A stretch of 64,000 bases of DNA from Steroidobacteraceae bacterium (lineage in GTDB: Bacteria > Pseudomonadota > Gammaproteobacteria > Steroidobacterales > Steroidobacteraceae). Shown here in pieces: positions 18,106 through 27,375 of the stretch. The first letter of the stretch is position 1, and each line of letters begins with the position of its first letter. The notes beneath the pieces were generated by a model. That model worked only from the letters and a program-made list of their open reading frames with translations. It was not told where the DNA came from and did no database searches. A program made the translations under genes and the position numbers. The stretch spans positions 53,763 to 117,762 of the forward strand of contig JBKQSA010000103.1 of the NCBI GenBank assembly GCA_052143815.1, given 5' to 3'.

Positions 18106-18188
18106 ATCGCAGTCGATTAGGGAACTTGCGTCGCTCCGTAGACTCCGTAGACTCCATCTGGTAGCAAGGAATACAACGGAGCATCGTC

Positions 18189-18671
18189 ATGGCGTATGGT
18201 TTCAGGATCGGTTTACCTCTAGCGTTGCTGCTTGTCTTCGGAGCCGCGGCGGCAGACCCCCAGCATGAGCACGGCGGTGGTGGCGAGCGATCCGGCGGTC
18301 ACGAGGGCGGTCACCAGCCGGAGCCGCATCCCGGTCCCAGCGGCTATCAGCGAGTCGAGGAGCCGCACGGATGGAACAATCGGCCCGCCGCGGTGGATCG
18401 AGGCGCTTATCAGCATAATTTCCAAGCCTCCCGAAGCTACAGAATCGGCCCCTACCATCGTCCTCCGGGCTGGTCCGCGCGCCGCTGGGGCTATGGCGAA
18501 ATTCTCCCGCGCGCCTTTTGGGCTCCGCAATATTTGCTGGCCGACTACTGGCTCTTCGCCCTTGAGGTGCCGCCCGTCGGATACGAATGGGTGCGCTACG
18601 GCGCGGATGCGTTGCTGATCAACACGAGTAACGGTGAGATACTGCAGGTGGAGTACGGCGTCTTCGCTTGA
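18189..18671 (+). CDS. RcnB-family periplasmic protein with a His/Gly-rich segment
   Basis: Signal peptide MAYGFRIGLPLALLLVFGAAAA, then HEHGGGGERSGGHEGGHQPEPH. The C-terminal block GEILPRAFWAPQYLLADYWLFALEVPPVGYEWVRYGADALLINTSNGEIL is RcnB-like. Confidence 0.7.
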   Translation: MAYGFRIGLPLALLLVFGAAAADPQHEHGGGGERSGGHEGGHQPEPHPGPSGYQRVEEPHGWNNRPAAVDRGAYQHNFQASRSYRIGPYHRPPGWSARRWGYGEILPRAFWAPQYLLADYWLFALEVPPVGYEWVRYGADALLINTSNGEILQVEYGVFA

Positions 18672-18808
18672 CCGCCAAAAGCGGGAACGCAGTATGATTC
18701 GCTGACTCGGCGTCTTGCTTCGCGCTGCGCGGGGGCAGGGCGATTGCGCACCCCGTCTGGCGTCGCCCGGTCGCGCGGGCAGTTCTTGCCGTCGAAAGAA
18801 AAATAGCG

Positions 18809-20116
18809 TTGTCACTGCTCAGTTCCTTACCCCAATTCAAGCTCGCTCCCACGGATTTGCTGCGAGATGCGACTTACCGTCGCCTCTGGACGTCCATATT
18901 GATCTCATCATTCGGCGGCCAGGTGACCCTGCTTGCGTTGCCCCTATCGGCCGCGGTGCTGCTGCATGCCTCTCCGACGCAGATGGGATTGCTGACGGCG
19001 ATGGAAATCGCGCCCTTCGTCCTATTCTCGCTGCCGACCGGAGTGTGGCTCGATCGCGTGCGCAAGCTGCCCGTCTACGTGGTCGGGGAGTTGTCGATCG
19101 CGGTGACCGTGGCCACGGTGCCCGTGGCGTGGTGGCTCGGCTGGCTGTCGATTCGGTGGCTATATTTCGTCGGCTTCGTGATCGGTGCGGTGAACACGAC
19201 GGCGGGCAGCGCTGCGCAGATCGTGCTGACACAAATCGTGCCCCGCGAACGCTTGGTCGAGGCGCATGCCAAGAACGCGCTGGCGTCGTCAACCGCCGAG
19301 GTGACGGGGCCCGGTGCGGCCGGTGCGCTGATCAAAATGACGGGTGCTCCGGTTGCTTTGCTGGCCGATGCGGTGTTGCTGCTCATTTCTGCGTCGATCC
19401 TTCGCGGGGTGCCGGTCAAGGAAACACCGAGTACGCGCAACCCCGCGTTCTGGCCTGCCATGCGCGAAGGGCTGAACTTCGTGCGCGGCCATCGACTCCT
19501 GATTACGATGGCCGCTTGCGTCGGTACCTGGCAGATGTGTAACCAGGCAGCGATGGTGATCCAGATCCTGTTCGCCACCCGGCAACTGGGACTGACGGAA
19601 CGCGGTGTGGGATTGAGTTATGTCGCCTTGGGAGCGGGAACGGTAGTGGCCAGCGCAATCGGATATCGCGTCATTCGCTGGATGGGAAACGGTCCGACCC
19701 TGGTATTGGGCTTCGCGGTGAGCGGTGTCGGATGGCTGGTGCTTGCGGTGGCGCCGCTGAATGCGTTCGGCGTGGCCGCCTACGTCTACATGCTGTTCTC
19801 TTTCGGCATAGGCGCCGTATTCATTTTCATCAATTTCCTGTCGCTGCGGCAGTCTGTGACGCCGGCACCGATGCTGGGCCGAATGACGAGCACCATGCGG
19901 TGGCTGATCCTGCTGCCGGCCGGACCCGGCGCACTGCTGGGCGGCTGGCTGGGAGAACACCTGGGATTGCGGGTAGCCTTGGGATTCGCGGGCAGCACCG
20001 CGGTGCTGCTTTCTCTGGTGGCGCGGCGGCTCGAGGTGATTCGGAACGTGAGAACCCTCCCGATGCTGAAGGCCGAAGCGGTGACGCCCTATTCGGCGAA
20101 TCCCGATGCCGGCTGA
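18809..20116 (+). CDS. MFS transporter
   Basis: About 12 hydrophobic segments and YRRLWTSILISSFGGQVTLLALPL. TTG start, uncertain. Confidence 0.8.
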   Translation: MSLLSSLPQFKLAPTDLLRDATYRRLWTSILISSFGGQVTLLALPLSAAVLLHASPTQMGLLTAMEIAPFVLFSLPTGVWLDRVRKLPVYVVGELSIAVTVATVPVAWWLGWLSIRWLYFVGFVIGAVNTTAGSAAQIVLTQIVPRERLVEAHAKNALASSTAEVTGPGAAGALIKMTGAPVALLADAVLLLISASILRGVPVKETPSTRNPAFWPAMREGLNFVRGHRLLITMAACVGTWQMCNQAAMVIQILFATRQLGLTERGVGLSYVALGAGTVVASAIGYRVIRWMGNGPTLVLGFAVSGVGWLVLAVAPLNAFGVAAYVYMLFSFGIGAVFIFINFLSLRQSVTPAPMLGRMTSTMRWLILLPAGPGALLGGWLGEHLGLRVALGFAGSTAVLLSLVARRLEVIRNVRTLPMLKAEAVTPYSANPDAG

Positions 20117-20639
20117 ACCCGCGCCGAGCCATTGCGCTGGGCGGATCGGCCTCATTTCCGATACCCACGGCCTGTTGCGCCCCGAGGCCTTGACCTTCCT
20201 CGGTGGCTGCGGACTCATCATCCACGGCGGCGATATCGGCGATTCTGCCATTTTGGACGCACTGGGGCGCATCGCCCCGGTCGTCGCCGTCCGCGGCAAC
20301 AACGATAAGGGGCCATTGGCGAAGCAACTCAAGGAAGCCGAATTCATCCAAGTGGGCGGCGTCCTCGTGTATGCGATTCACGACCGGTCGCAGATCGACA
20401 CCGATCTGCGGGCGGGAGGGGTTCGAGTGGTCGTCTACGGGCACTCGCATAAACCGCTCATCGAGGAGCGGGATGGCCTGCTGTTCGTCAATCCGGGGAG
20501 TGCTGGGCCGCGGCGCTTCAAGTTGCCGATCGCTGTCGGCGAGTTGGTCATCGACGGGGCTTGCGTGTCGGCACGGGTCGTCGATCTCGCGGATGCGCGA
20601 ACCTACCGCACCTGCCAATTGCGAAGCTTGCGTGAATAG
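20106..20639 (+). CDS. Metallophosphoesterase, YfcE/MJ0936 family
   Basis: ISDTHG, IHGGDIG, RGNND and YGHSHKP...NPGS. Overlaps the end of the MFS gene by 11 nt. Confidence 0.85.
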   Translation: MPAEPAPSHCAGRIGLISDTHGLLRPEALTFLGGCGLIIHGGDIGDSAILDALGRIAPVVAVRGNNDKGPLAKQLKEAEFIQVGGVLVYAIHDRSQIDTDLRAGGVRVVVYGHSHKPLIEERDGLLFVNPGSAGPRRFKLPIAVGELVIDGACVSARVVDLADARTYRTCQLRSLRE

Positions 20640-20678
20640 GTAGCTTCAACCTGTTGATTTTGCTAATCTTGCATCTCC

Positions 20679-21308
20679 ATGAACATCACTGCTGACGGTC
20701 TCTGCGTCGAGAAGGTCCACGTTTGGCGCGGTGATCGCCATGTACTCAAGGGTGTCAGCCTCGAGGTCCGGCCCGGTGAATTGATGCATGTTTCGGGTGC
20801 CAATGGCACGGGCAAGACCACGCTGCTGCGGGTGATCACGGGGTTGCTTCGGCCGGAACAGGGCAGCGTAGCGTGGCGCGGCAAATCGATAATGACCGCG
20901 CCCACCGACTATCAGATCGAACTCGCATACGCCGCGCACGAGCCGGCGCTCAAAAGCGATCTGACCGCCCTTGAGAATCTGCGTTTCATGGTGGGGCTGC
21001 GGCGCCGCGTGACCTCGCGCGAGCTTCAGGCAAGCCTGGAGCGGACCGGTGTCGCAGGCTGCGCGGATCTGCCCGCGCGCGTGCTATCCGCCGGACAGCG
21101 GCGTCGGGTTGCCATGGCTCGCATACTGGCCGTCCGCGCTGCGCTGTGGCTGCTCGATGAACCCTACACCAATCTCGATGCGGCGGGCTGCGCGCTGCTG
21201 TCGGCGCTGCTGGTAGAACATACCGAACAAGGCGGCTTGGCCCTCGTGGTTGCGCATCACGACCTCAACGTAGCCGCGACGATGCGTCATCTGGCGCTGC
21301 AAGGATGA
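20679..21308 (+). CDS. ccmA: Cytochrome c maturation haem exporter ATPase CcmA
   Basis: Walker A GANGTGKTTLLRVITGL, signature LSAGQRRRV, and its position at the head of the ccm operon. Confidence 0.9.
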   Translation: MNITADGLCVEKVHVWRGDRHVLKGVSLEVRPGELMHVSGANGTGKTTLLRVITGLLRPEQGSVAWRGKSIMTAPTDYQIELAYAAHEPALKSDLTALENLRFMVGLRRRVTSRELQASLERTGVAGCADLPARVLSAGQRRRVAMARILAVRAALWLLDEPYTNLDAAGCALLSALLVEHTEQGGLALVVAHHDLNVAATMRHLALQG

Positions 21309-21985
21309 GCGTCGGCGTCTGGGAGGCGTTTGTTCTGGTGTTGCGCCGTGAGCTTTGTTTGAGTTTCCGGCGCCCGGATCAGTTGATCCAGCCGTTGGTG
21401 TTCTTCTTGATCGTGACCACGTTGTTCCCATTGGGGTTGAGCGTGCAGTTGTCGCTGCTGCGGGAAATGGCGCCGGGCGTTCTTTGGGTGGCCGCCCTGC
21501 TGGCGTCCCTGCTGTCGCTGGATGCATTGTTCAAGAGCGACGCGGATGATGGAACCTTGGAACAGCTGGTGTTGTCCGGCCAGGGCCTGTATGTGATCGT
21601 TCTGGCGAAGACGCTGGCGCATTGGTTGGTGAGCGGCGCAGCATTGGTGCTGGTATCGCCCGTGGTCGGCACGGCGCTGGCCATTCCGGTGACGGCGTTT
21701 GCGACCATGATGTTGAGCTTGGGTCTGGGCACGTTGACGTTGAGTTGGCTGGGCGCCATCGGCGCGGGGCTCACAGTGGGACTCAAACGCGGCAATGTGC
21801 TGTTGTCCTTGATCGTCCTGCCGCTGGCCATGCCGCTTCTCATATTTGGCGCCGGTGCCACCGATCGGGCCATTTCGGGAACCAGTGTGGCCGGTGCCTT
21901 GTATTTGCTTGGAGCGCTGTGCGTGCTGACGTGTACCCTGGCGCCATTCGCTGCGACGGCGGCGCTGCGGATCACGCTGGAATAA
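21305..21985 (+). CDS. ccmB: Haem exporter membrane protein CcmB
   Basis: Six-TM protein that overlaps ccmA by 4 nt. Assigned from operon context. Confidence 0.88.
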   Translation: MSVGVWEAFVLVLRRELCLSFRRPDQLIQPLVFFLIVTTLFPLGLSVQLSLLREMAPGVLWVAALLASLLSLDALFKSDADDGTLEQLVLSGQGLYVIVLAKTLAHWLVSGAALVLVSPVVGTALAIPVTAFATMMLSLGLGTLTLSWLGAIGAGLTVGLKRGNVLLSLIVLPLAMPLLIFGAGATDRAISGTSVAGALYLLGALCVLTCTLAPFAATAALRITLE

Positions 21986-21998
21986 CGCGAGAACGGCT

Positions 21999-22733
21999 AT
22001 GTGGACATGGTTTTATCGGCTGGCGTCACCGCCCTACGTATATCGGGTCGCCGCGGGGTTGACGCCGTGGTTCCTCACCCTGGCGGCGATCGCGATCGGC
22101 TGCGGACTGATTGCGGGATTGGTCTTTGCGCCGCCGGATTATCAGCAGGGGGACGCCTTTCGGATCATTTATGTGCATGCCCCGAGCGCCTGGCTGTCGT
22201 TATTTGCATACATCACCATGGCTCTGGCCGGTGGGATCGCGCTGATATGGCGCATCAAAATGGGTCATGCAGTGGCTGCCGCCTCGGCGCCCATCGGCGC
22301 ATCCTTTACCCTGGCGGCGCTGGTCACCGGATCGCTCTGGGGCCGGCCCATGTGGGGCACTTATTGGGCGTGGGACCCGCGGTTGACATCGGAACTGATT
22401 CTGTTGTTCCTGTACGTCGGCGTGATGGCGCTGCGGCCGGCATTCGAGGATCCGGGCCGGGGCGACCGAGCAGCGGCGCTGTTGTCCATCGTCGGCGTGG
22501 TCAACGTGCCGATCATCAAATACTCCGTAGTGTGGTGGAACTCGCTGCATCAAGGGGCCACGGTTGCTAAACTTGGCAAGCCCTCCATGCCGGGCAGCAT
22601 GTTGTGGCCACTATTGACCATGTTTCTCGGGTTCATGTTGTTCTATGGGGCGGTACTGTGTATACGGTTGCGTGGCGAGGTGCTCAATCGAGAGCGCCAA
22701 GCTATGTGGGTGCGGGAGGCACTCAAATCATGA
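21999..22733 (+). CDS. ccmC: Haem lyase/exporter protein CcmC
   Basis: WWD-type motif WGTYWAWDPRLTSE. Confidence 0.9.
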   Translation: MWTWFYRLASPPYVYRVAAGLTPWFLTLAAIAIGCGLIAGLVFAPPDYQQGDAFRIIYVHAPSAWLSLFAYITMALAGGIALIWRIKMGHAVAAASAPIGASFTLAALVTGSLWGRPMWGTYWAWDPRLTSELILLFLYVGVMALRPAFEDPGRGDRAAALLSIVGVVNVPIIKYSVVWWNSLHQGATVAKLGKPSMPGSMLWPLLTMFLGFMLFYGAVLCIRLRGEVLNRERQAMWVREALKS

Positions 22734-22903
22734 TTAGCAGCAGCTTCTGGTCCATGGGCGGTTACGCACGCTACGTCTGGCCCTGTGTCGCCTTCGTATG
22801 CACCGTGCTGGCCTGGAACCTCTGGTCGGCTCTTCGCTATTTCGCGGCGGCTCGACAACGAGCGGCACGGGCGTTGGCGATGGCCGCGAGCGACAGCGCA
22901 TGA
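22730..22903 (+). CDS. ccmD: CcmD
   Basis: 57-aa single-TM protein, MISSSFWSMGGYARYVWPCVAFVCTVLAWNLW. ATGA overlap with ccmC. Confidence 0.8.
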   Translation: MISSSFWSMGGYARYVWPCVAFVCTVLAWNLWSALRYFAAARQRAARALAMAASDSA

Positions 22904-23340
22904 CGCCCCGACGCAAGCGCTTGTTCGTGGTGCTCGCCATTCTGGCTGGCGTGGCGGCTTCCGTGGCTCTCGCCGCGATGGCGTCACGCGAGCAGATCAT
23001 GTTCTATTACGACCCTACGCAGATCGCCGCGGGCAAGGCCCCGGTCGCCAAGCGCTTCCGCATCGGCGGGATGGTCGTGAAGGGAAGCGTGTCGCGCAAA
23101 CCGGGTGATTTGGAGGTGCGGTTCGTGTTGACCGACTTCGCCCATCAGGTCCCGGTCGAATATACCGGCGTGTTACCCGATTTGTTTCGTGAGGGGCAGG
23201 GTATCATTGCGCACGGAACCATGGGTGCCAACGGTGCGTTCGTGGCAGACGAGGTGCTGGCTAAGCACGACGAGAAATACATGCCGCCGGAAGTGGCCGC
23301 GTCGTTGAAACAGAAGGCTGCCGGCAAGCCCATCACTTGA
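22900..23340 (+). CDS. ccmE: Haem chaperone CcmE
   Basis: MTPRRKRLFVVLAILAG... membrane anchor, FRIGGMVVKGSV, and LAKHDEKYMPPEV containing the haem-binding His. ATGA overlap with ccmD. Confidence 0.9.
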   Translation: MTPRRKRLFVVLAILAGVAASVALAAMASREQIMFYYDPTQIAAGKAPVAKRFRIGGMVVKGSVSRKPGDLEVRFVLTDFAHQVPVEYTGVLPDLFREGQGIIAHGTMGANGAFVADEVLAKHDEKYMPPEVAASLKQKAAGKPIT

Positions 23341-23357
23341 GGCGTGGGAGTATTTAG

Positions 23358-25331
23358 ATGGCACCGGAACTCGGGGTATTTGCCCTCATCTTGGCATTCT
23401 GCCTCAGTGTCTCTCAGGCGTTTTTCGGGCTCGTCGGCGCTTGGCGCGGCCGGCCCGTCTGGATGTCCGTCGCCCGTCCCGCAGTGACGGGCCAATTCGT
23501 GTTCGTGGCGGTCGCTTTCGCGTGCCTCGTGTATTCCTTCGTCAACGGCGATTTTTCGGTGCTGTACGTCGCCCGAAACTCGAACTCCCACCTGCCGCTG
23601 TTCTATCGCGTTGCTGCCGTGTGGGGAGCGCACGAAGGCTCGCTGCTGCTGTGGATCATGATTCTGTCGATCTGGAGCGTCGCGGTCGCTGCGTTCAGCC
23701 GTCAGTTGCCGATGAGTTTCTCGAGCCGTGTGCTCGGCGTCATGGGATTGGTCAGCAGCGGCTTCCTGTTGTTTACGCTGTGGACCTCGAATCCGTTCGA
23801 GCGCCTGATTCCGGCGGCCCAGGACGGTGCTGATTTGAACCCGGTATTGCAGGACTTCGCGCTCGCGATTCATCCGCCCATGCTGTACACCGGCTACGTT
23901 GGATTTTCCGTGGCTTTCGCGTTTGCGTGTGCAGCCATGCTCGAGGGAAGACTCGATCAGGCGTGGGCCAAATGGACCCGGCCATGGACGCTGTTTGCAT
24001 GGCTATTCCTGACGATCGGCATTGCCCTCGGTAGTTGGTGGGCTTACTACGAACTCGGCTGGGGCGGGTGGTGGTTCTGGGATCCGGTGGAGAACGCCTC
24101 GTTCATGCCGTGGCTGGTGGGCACCGCGCTCGTCCATTCGCTGATAGTCACCGAGAAACGCGGCATCTTTAAGAGTTGGACGCTGCTGCTTGCGATCTTC
24201 GCGTTTTCGTTGAGCTTGGTGGGAACCTTTTTGGTCCGCTCCGGCGTGATCGTGTCGGTGCACTCGTTCGCGACCGACCCGAGGCGCGGCCTGTACATCC
24301 TGGCATTTCTAGTGCTGACGATCGGTGGCTCGCTGACGTTGTACGCGTGGCGCGCACCCAAGCTGTACGTACCCGGCGGCTTCGAAGTGCTCTCGCGTGA
24401 ATTTTTCCTGTTGGTCAACAACGTGATCTTGGTGAGCGTGGCGGGATTGGTGCTGTGGGGCACGCTGTCGCCGCTCGTCTATGAGCTGCTCGGTATCGGC
24501 AAGATTTCCGTGGGGCCGCCGGTATTCGCCGTGATGTTCCTGGTGCCCATGGTGCCGTTGATGGCCTTTTTGGCGGTGGGTATGCATTCGGCCTGGCGGC
24601 GCGGCAAGCTCACCGGCTCGGCGCTGCTGCTATGGGGGATGTTGGTGCTCGCGGTGCTCCTTGCCGTTGTCATTCAGGGCGTCTCATTCGGGTCGTTCCA
24701 TTGGGTGGGACTGGTGGGATTGAGCTTCGGTTTGTGGATCATTTTTTCTGCACTGCTCGAACCCATACGCAGGTGGCGCCAGGGTCAGCACGTCCCCACG
24801 GCGTTGCTGGGCATGGCGATCGCCCATCTCGGCGTGGGATTGTTCGCCATCGGCGCCAGCGGTGTCGAAAGCTACAAGATCGAGAAAGACGTGGCGCTCA
24901 GGCCCGGCGGCAGCTTCGCCATTGCCGGCTATGACTTCCGGTTCGTCAATGCGGTCGACGTGCGCGGACCGAACTACGATGCGGTGGAAGCGTTGGTGGA
25001 GGTGACGCGGGATGGCAAGCCGGTAGCGATCTTGAAACCCCAGAAGCGGCACTTCTGGGTACAGCAGACCGACAACAGCCAAGCCGCGATTTCGGTCAAT
25101 TGGTCGCGGGATCTGTTCGTCGCCATGGGGAACTCCCTGGGTGACGGCGCTTGGAGCATGCGTATTCAGTACAAACCGCTGGTTCGATATATCTGGCTGG
25201 GCGCTTTGGTCATGGCGCTGGGCGGGTTCATTGCGGCTACGGACCGGCGCTACCGCAATAAAGTGCCGGCGGCGGTTCCCGACGCAGTGCCCTCGCCGCC
25301 GGATCCGGAGCCGAAGCTCGGGGCTGCGTGA
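23358..25331 (+). CDS. ccmF: Cytochrome c haem lyase subunit CcmF
   Basis: 657-aa polytopic protein with WGGWWFWDPVENASFMPW. Confidence 0.93.
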   Translation: MAPELGVFALILAFCLSVSQAFFGLVGAWRGRPVWMSVARPAVTGQFVFVAVAFACLVYSFVNGDFSVLYVARNSNSHLPLFYRVAAVWGAHEGSLLLWIMILSIWSVAVAAFSRQLPMSFSSRVLGVMGLVSSGFLLFTLWTSNPFERLIPAAQDGADLNPVLQDFALAIHPPMLYTGYVGFSVAFAFACAAMLEGRLDQAWAKWTRPWTLFAWLFLTIGIALGSWWAYYELGWGGWWFWDPVENASFMPWLVGTALVHSLIVTEKRGIFKSWTLLLAIFAFSLSLVGTFLVRSGVIVSVHSFATDPRRGLYILAFLVLTIGGSLTLYAWRAPKLYVPGGFEVLSREFFLLVNNVILVSVAGLVLWGTLSPLVYELLGIGKISVGPPVFAVMFLVPMVPLMAFLAVGMHSAWRRGKLTGSALLLWGMLVLAVLLAVVIQGVSFGSFHWVGLVGLSFGLWIIFSALLEPIRRWRQGQHVPTALLGMAIAHLGVGLFAIGASGVESYKIEKDVALRPGGSFAIAGYDFRFVNAVDVRGPNYDAVEALVEVTRDGKPVAILKPQKRHFWVQQTDNSQAAISVNWSRDLFVAMGNSLGDGAWSMRIQYKPLVRYIWLGALVMALGGFIAATDRRYRNKVPAAVPDAVPSPPDPEPKLGAA

Positions 25332-25870
25332 TGTGGAAATTTCTTTTGCCGTTCGCGGCATTCGTGGCGCTGGCGGTGCTGTTTGCATTTGGGCTCAATC
25401 CAAAGCGCGACATCCACGCCTTGCCCTCACCACTGATCGGCAAGGCTGCACCGTCGTTTTCGCTCACCGACGTGATGGACCCGAACCGGGCGGTCAGCAA
25501 TGCGGCGTTCAAAGGTCAGGTTTACATAGTGAATGTATGGGGCACTTGGTGCGAAGCCTGCCGGCAGGAACACGAGGCGCTGCTCGGCATCGCCCGGCAG
25601 CAAGTCGTGCCCATCATTGGGCTCGTCTATATGGATCAGCGCGATAATGCGAAGGAATGGTTGGAACAATTAGGAAATCCTTACACCGCGGTGGCGTTCG
25701 ACACCGACGGCCGTACGGCGATCGATTGGGGGGTCTATGGAGCGCCGGAAACATTCTTGGTGGATGGGCAAGGCCGAGTCATCTACAAGTTCATCTCGCC
25801 CATGACACCCGAAGTTTGGCAACGCGAATTTTTGCCGCGTATTGCTGCCGCCCGTCGAGCCGGCGCGTGA
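25328..25870 (+). CDS. ccmG: Thiol:disulfide oxidoreductase CcmG/DsbE
   Basis: VWGTWCEACRQEH (CxxC motif) and a membrane anchor. Alternative ATG at 25331. Confidence 0.9.
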   Translation: MMWKFLLPFAAFVALAVLFAFGLNPKRDIHALPSPLIGKAAPSFSLTDVMDPNRAVSNAAFKGQVYIVNVWGTWCEACRQEHEALLGIARQQVVPIIGLVYMDQRDNAKEWLEQLGNPYTAVAFDTDGRTAIDWGVYGAPETFLVDGQGRVIYKFISPMTPEVWQREFLPRIAAARRAGA

Positions 25871-26307
25871 ACTCGAAGCTGCCACTGCTGGCCGTGGTCC
25901 TCGCGGTTTGCTTGTCGGCCGGTGTGCCGGCGCGCGCGTTGGATGCCAACGGCCAGCTCGAAGATCCCGTTTTGCAAGCGCGCTACGAACGCATCACGAA
26001 GGATCTTCGGTGCTTGGTGTGCCAGAACGAATCGATTGCGGACTCCAATGTGGAGTTGGCCAGCGATCTACGTCGCCAAGTTCGCGAAATGCTCAGCGCC
26101 GGTAAGAGTGACGATGCCATCTTCGATTTCATGACGGACCGTTATGGTGAGTTCGTGCGCTTCAACCCGCCGCTGGAACCGAAGACTCTGTTGATCTGGG
26201 GAGCGCCGTTTCTCGTTTTGGTCCTTGGGGTCGTCATTATTTTTCGCATCGTACGCCGCCGCTCGAGAATGCCCCTCGACGATGAATCCGCGCCGGGACC
26301 TCTGTAA
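25867..26307 (+). CDS. ccmH: CcmH (NrfF-like)
   Basis: LRCLVCQNESIADSN motif. GTGA overlap with ccmG. The upstream part of ORF 25657.. lies inside ccmG. Confidence 0.85.
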   Translation: MNSKLPLLAVVLAVCLSAGVPARALDANGQLEDPVLQARYERITKDLRCLVCQNESIADSNVELASDLRRQVREMLSAGKSDDAIFDFMTDRYGEFVRFNPPLEPKTLLIWGAPFLVLVLGVVIIFRIVRRRSRMPLDDESAPGPL

Positions 26308-26310
26308 TCC

Positions 26311-27366
26311 ATGACTACGTTTATCGTCGTCGCAGCCGTCATGGCTGCGCTCGCTGCGGCCGCCGTGGCGGTGCCGCTATGTCGTGATCGTCAAAGCCGG
26401 CTGGTCGGCGCCCTTGCCGGAGTGCTGATCGCCGGGGCGGCGGCCGCACTCTATCCGCTATGGTCGAATTGGAATTGGCGTGCGCCGGCTGCGGCCCAAG
26501 CAGCGGGTCCCGACGTGCTTGCCATGGTCGCGAAGCTCGAGACTCATCTGCGCGAAGATCCCAAAGATCTGGCGGGCTGGCTGATGCTGGGCCGCTCCTA
26601 TCTGGCCCTGGAGCGCATGGACGATGCGATCGTCGCTTACGATCACGCGCGTCAGCTCGATGCCGACAGTGCGGAGGCGGCGCTGGGATTGGGCGAGGCC
26701 ATGAGTCTTCGAGCGGGAGGCAACATCACCCCCGCCGCGGCTCAGCTGTTCGAGCAGGCGTTGACGCTGGAGCCGGGCAGTCCGAAGGCCTTGCTCTACG
26801 GCGGCTTCGCGGCCGCGGCGCGCGGCGACTACGCGGTCGCACGTACCCGCTGGTTGGCGCTCAAGGCCTTGCACCCGCCGGCCGAGATCGACCAATTGTT
26901 GGACGCTAGAATCGCAGAGCTCGGCCCGGCCGGCGGAGGCCCGGCTGCGGCCGCTCCGGCCCCTGGCACGGCGCCCGCGGCGGGGGGCGCTGCCGGCGCC
27001 GCAGCCCCGGCGTCTGCGCCGGGTGCGGAAGTCACCGTGAACATCAGTATCGCGCCGGCGCTCAAGGCTCGACTCACCCGCGAGGCGCCGCTATTCGTAT
27101 TCGCGCGCGAACCCGGCGCGCAAGGCCCGCCTTTGGCCGCGAAGCGCTTGACCAGCGCCGCCATCGGCACTCAAATTCATTTGTCCGCCGCTGACTCCAT
27201 GATGCCCGGCCGGACTCTCCTCAACGGACATCAGGTCTCCATCACCGCGCGCGTGTCCTTCAGCGGTCAACCGCTGCCGGCGGCCGGCGATTTATACGGG
27301 GAACTCACCTATGATGTCGGACATGATGGAGCACGCGATCTCGTGATCGATCGGGTCGCCGAATAG
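26311..27366 (+). CDS. ccmI: TPR-containing c-type cytochrome biogenesis protein CcmI/CycH
   Basis: N-terminal TM pair, TPR region (GWLMLGRSYLALERMDDAIVAYDHARQL), Ala/Pro-rich linker, and its position as the last gene of the operon. Confidence 0.8.
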   Translation: MTTFIVVAAVMAALAAAAVAVPLCRDRQSRLVGALAGVLIAGAAAALYPLWSNWNWRAPAAAQAAGPDVLAMVAKLETHLREDPKDLAGWLMLGRSYLALERMDDAIVAYDHARQLDADSAEAALGLGEAMSLRAGGNITPAAAQLFEQALTLEPGSPKALLYGGFAAAARGDYAVARTRWLALKALHPPAEIDQLLDARIAELGPAGGGPAAAAPAPGTAPAAGGAAGAAAPASAPGAEVTVNISIAPALKARLTREAPLFVFAREPGAQGPPLAAKRLTSAAIGTQIHLSAADSMMPGRTLLNGHQVSITARVSFSGQPLPAAGDLYGELTYDVGHDGARDLVIDRVAE

Positions 27367-27375
27367 GGAAGATTC

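Noticed and set aside
26925-27035. GC-rich repetitive stretch (GGCCCGGC.../GCCGC...) inside ccmI
   Set aside because: It encodes an in-frame Ala/Pro/Gly-rich linker (GPAGGGPAAAAPAPGTAPAAGGAAGAAAPASAPG) between the TPR and C-terminal domains. This is low-complexity coding sequence and not a repeat element.
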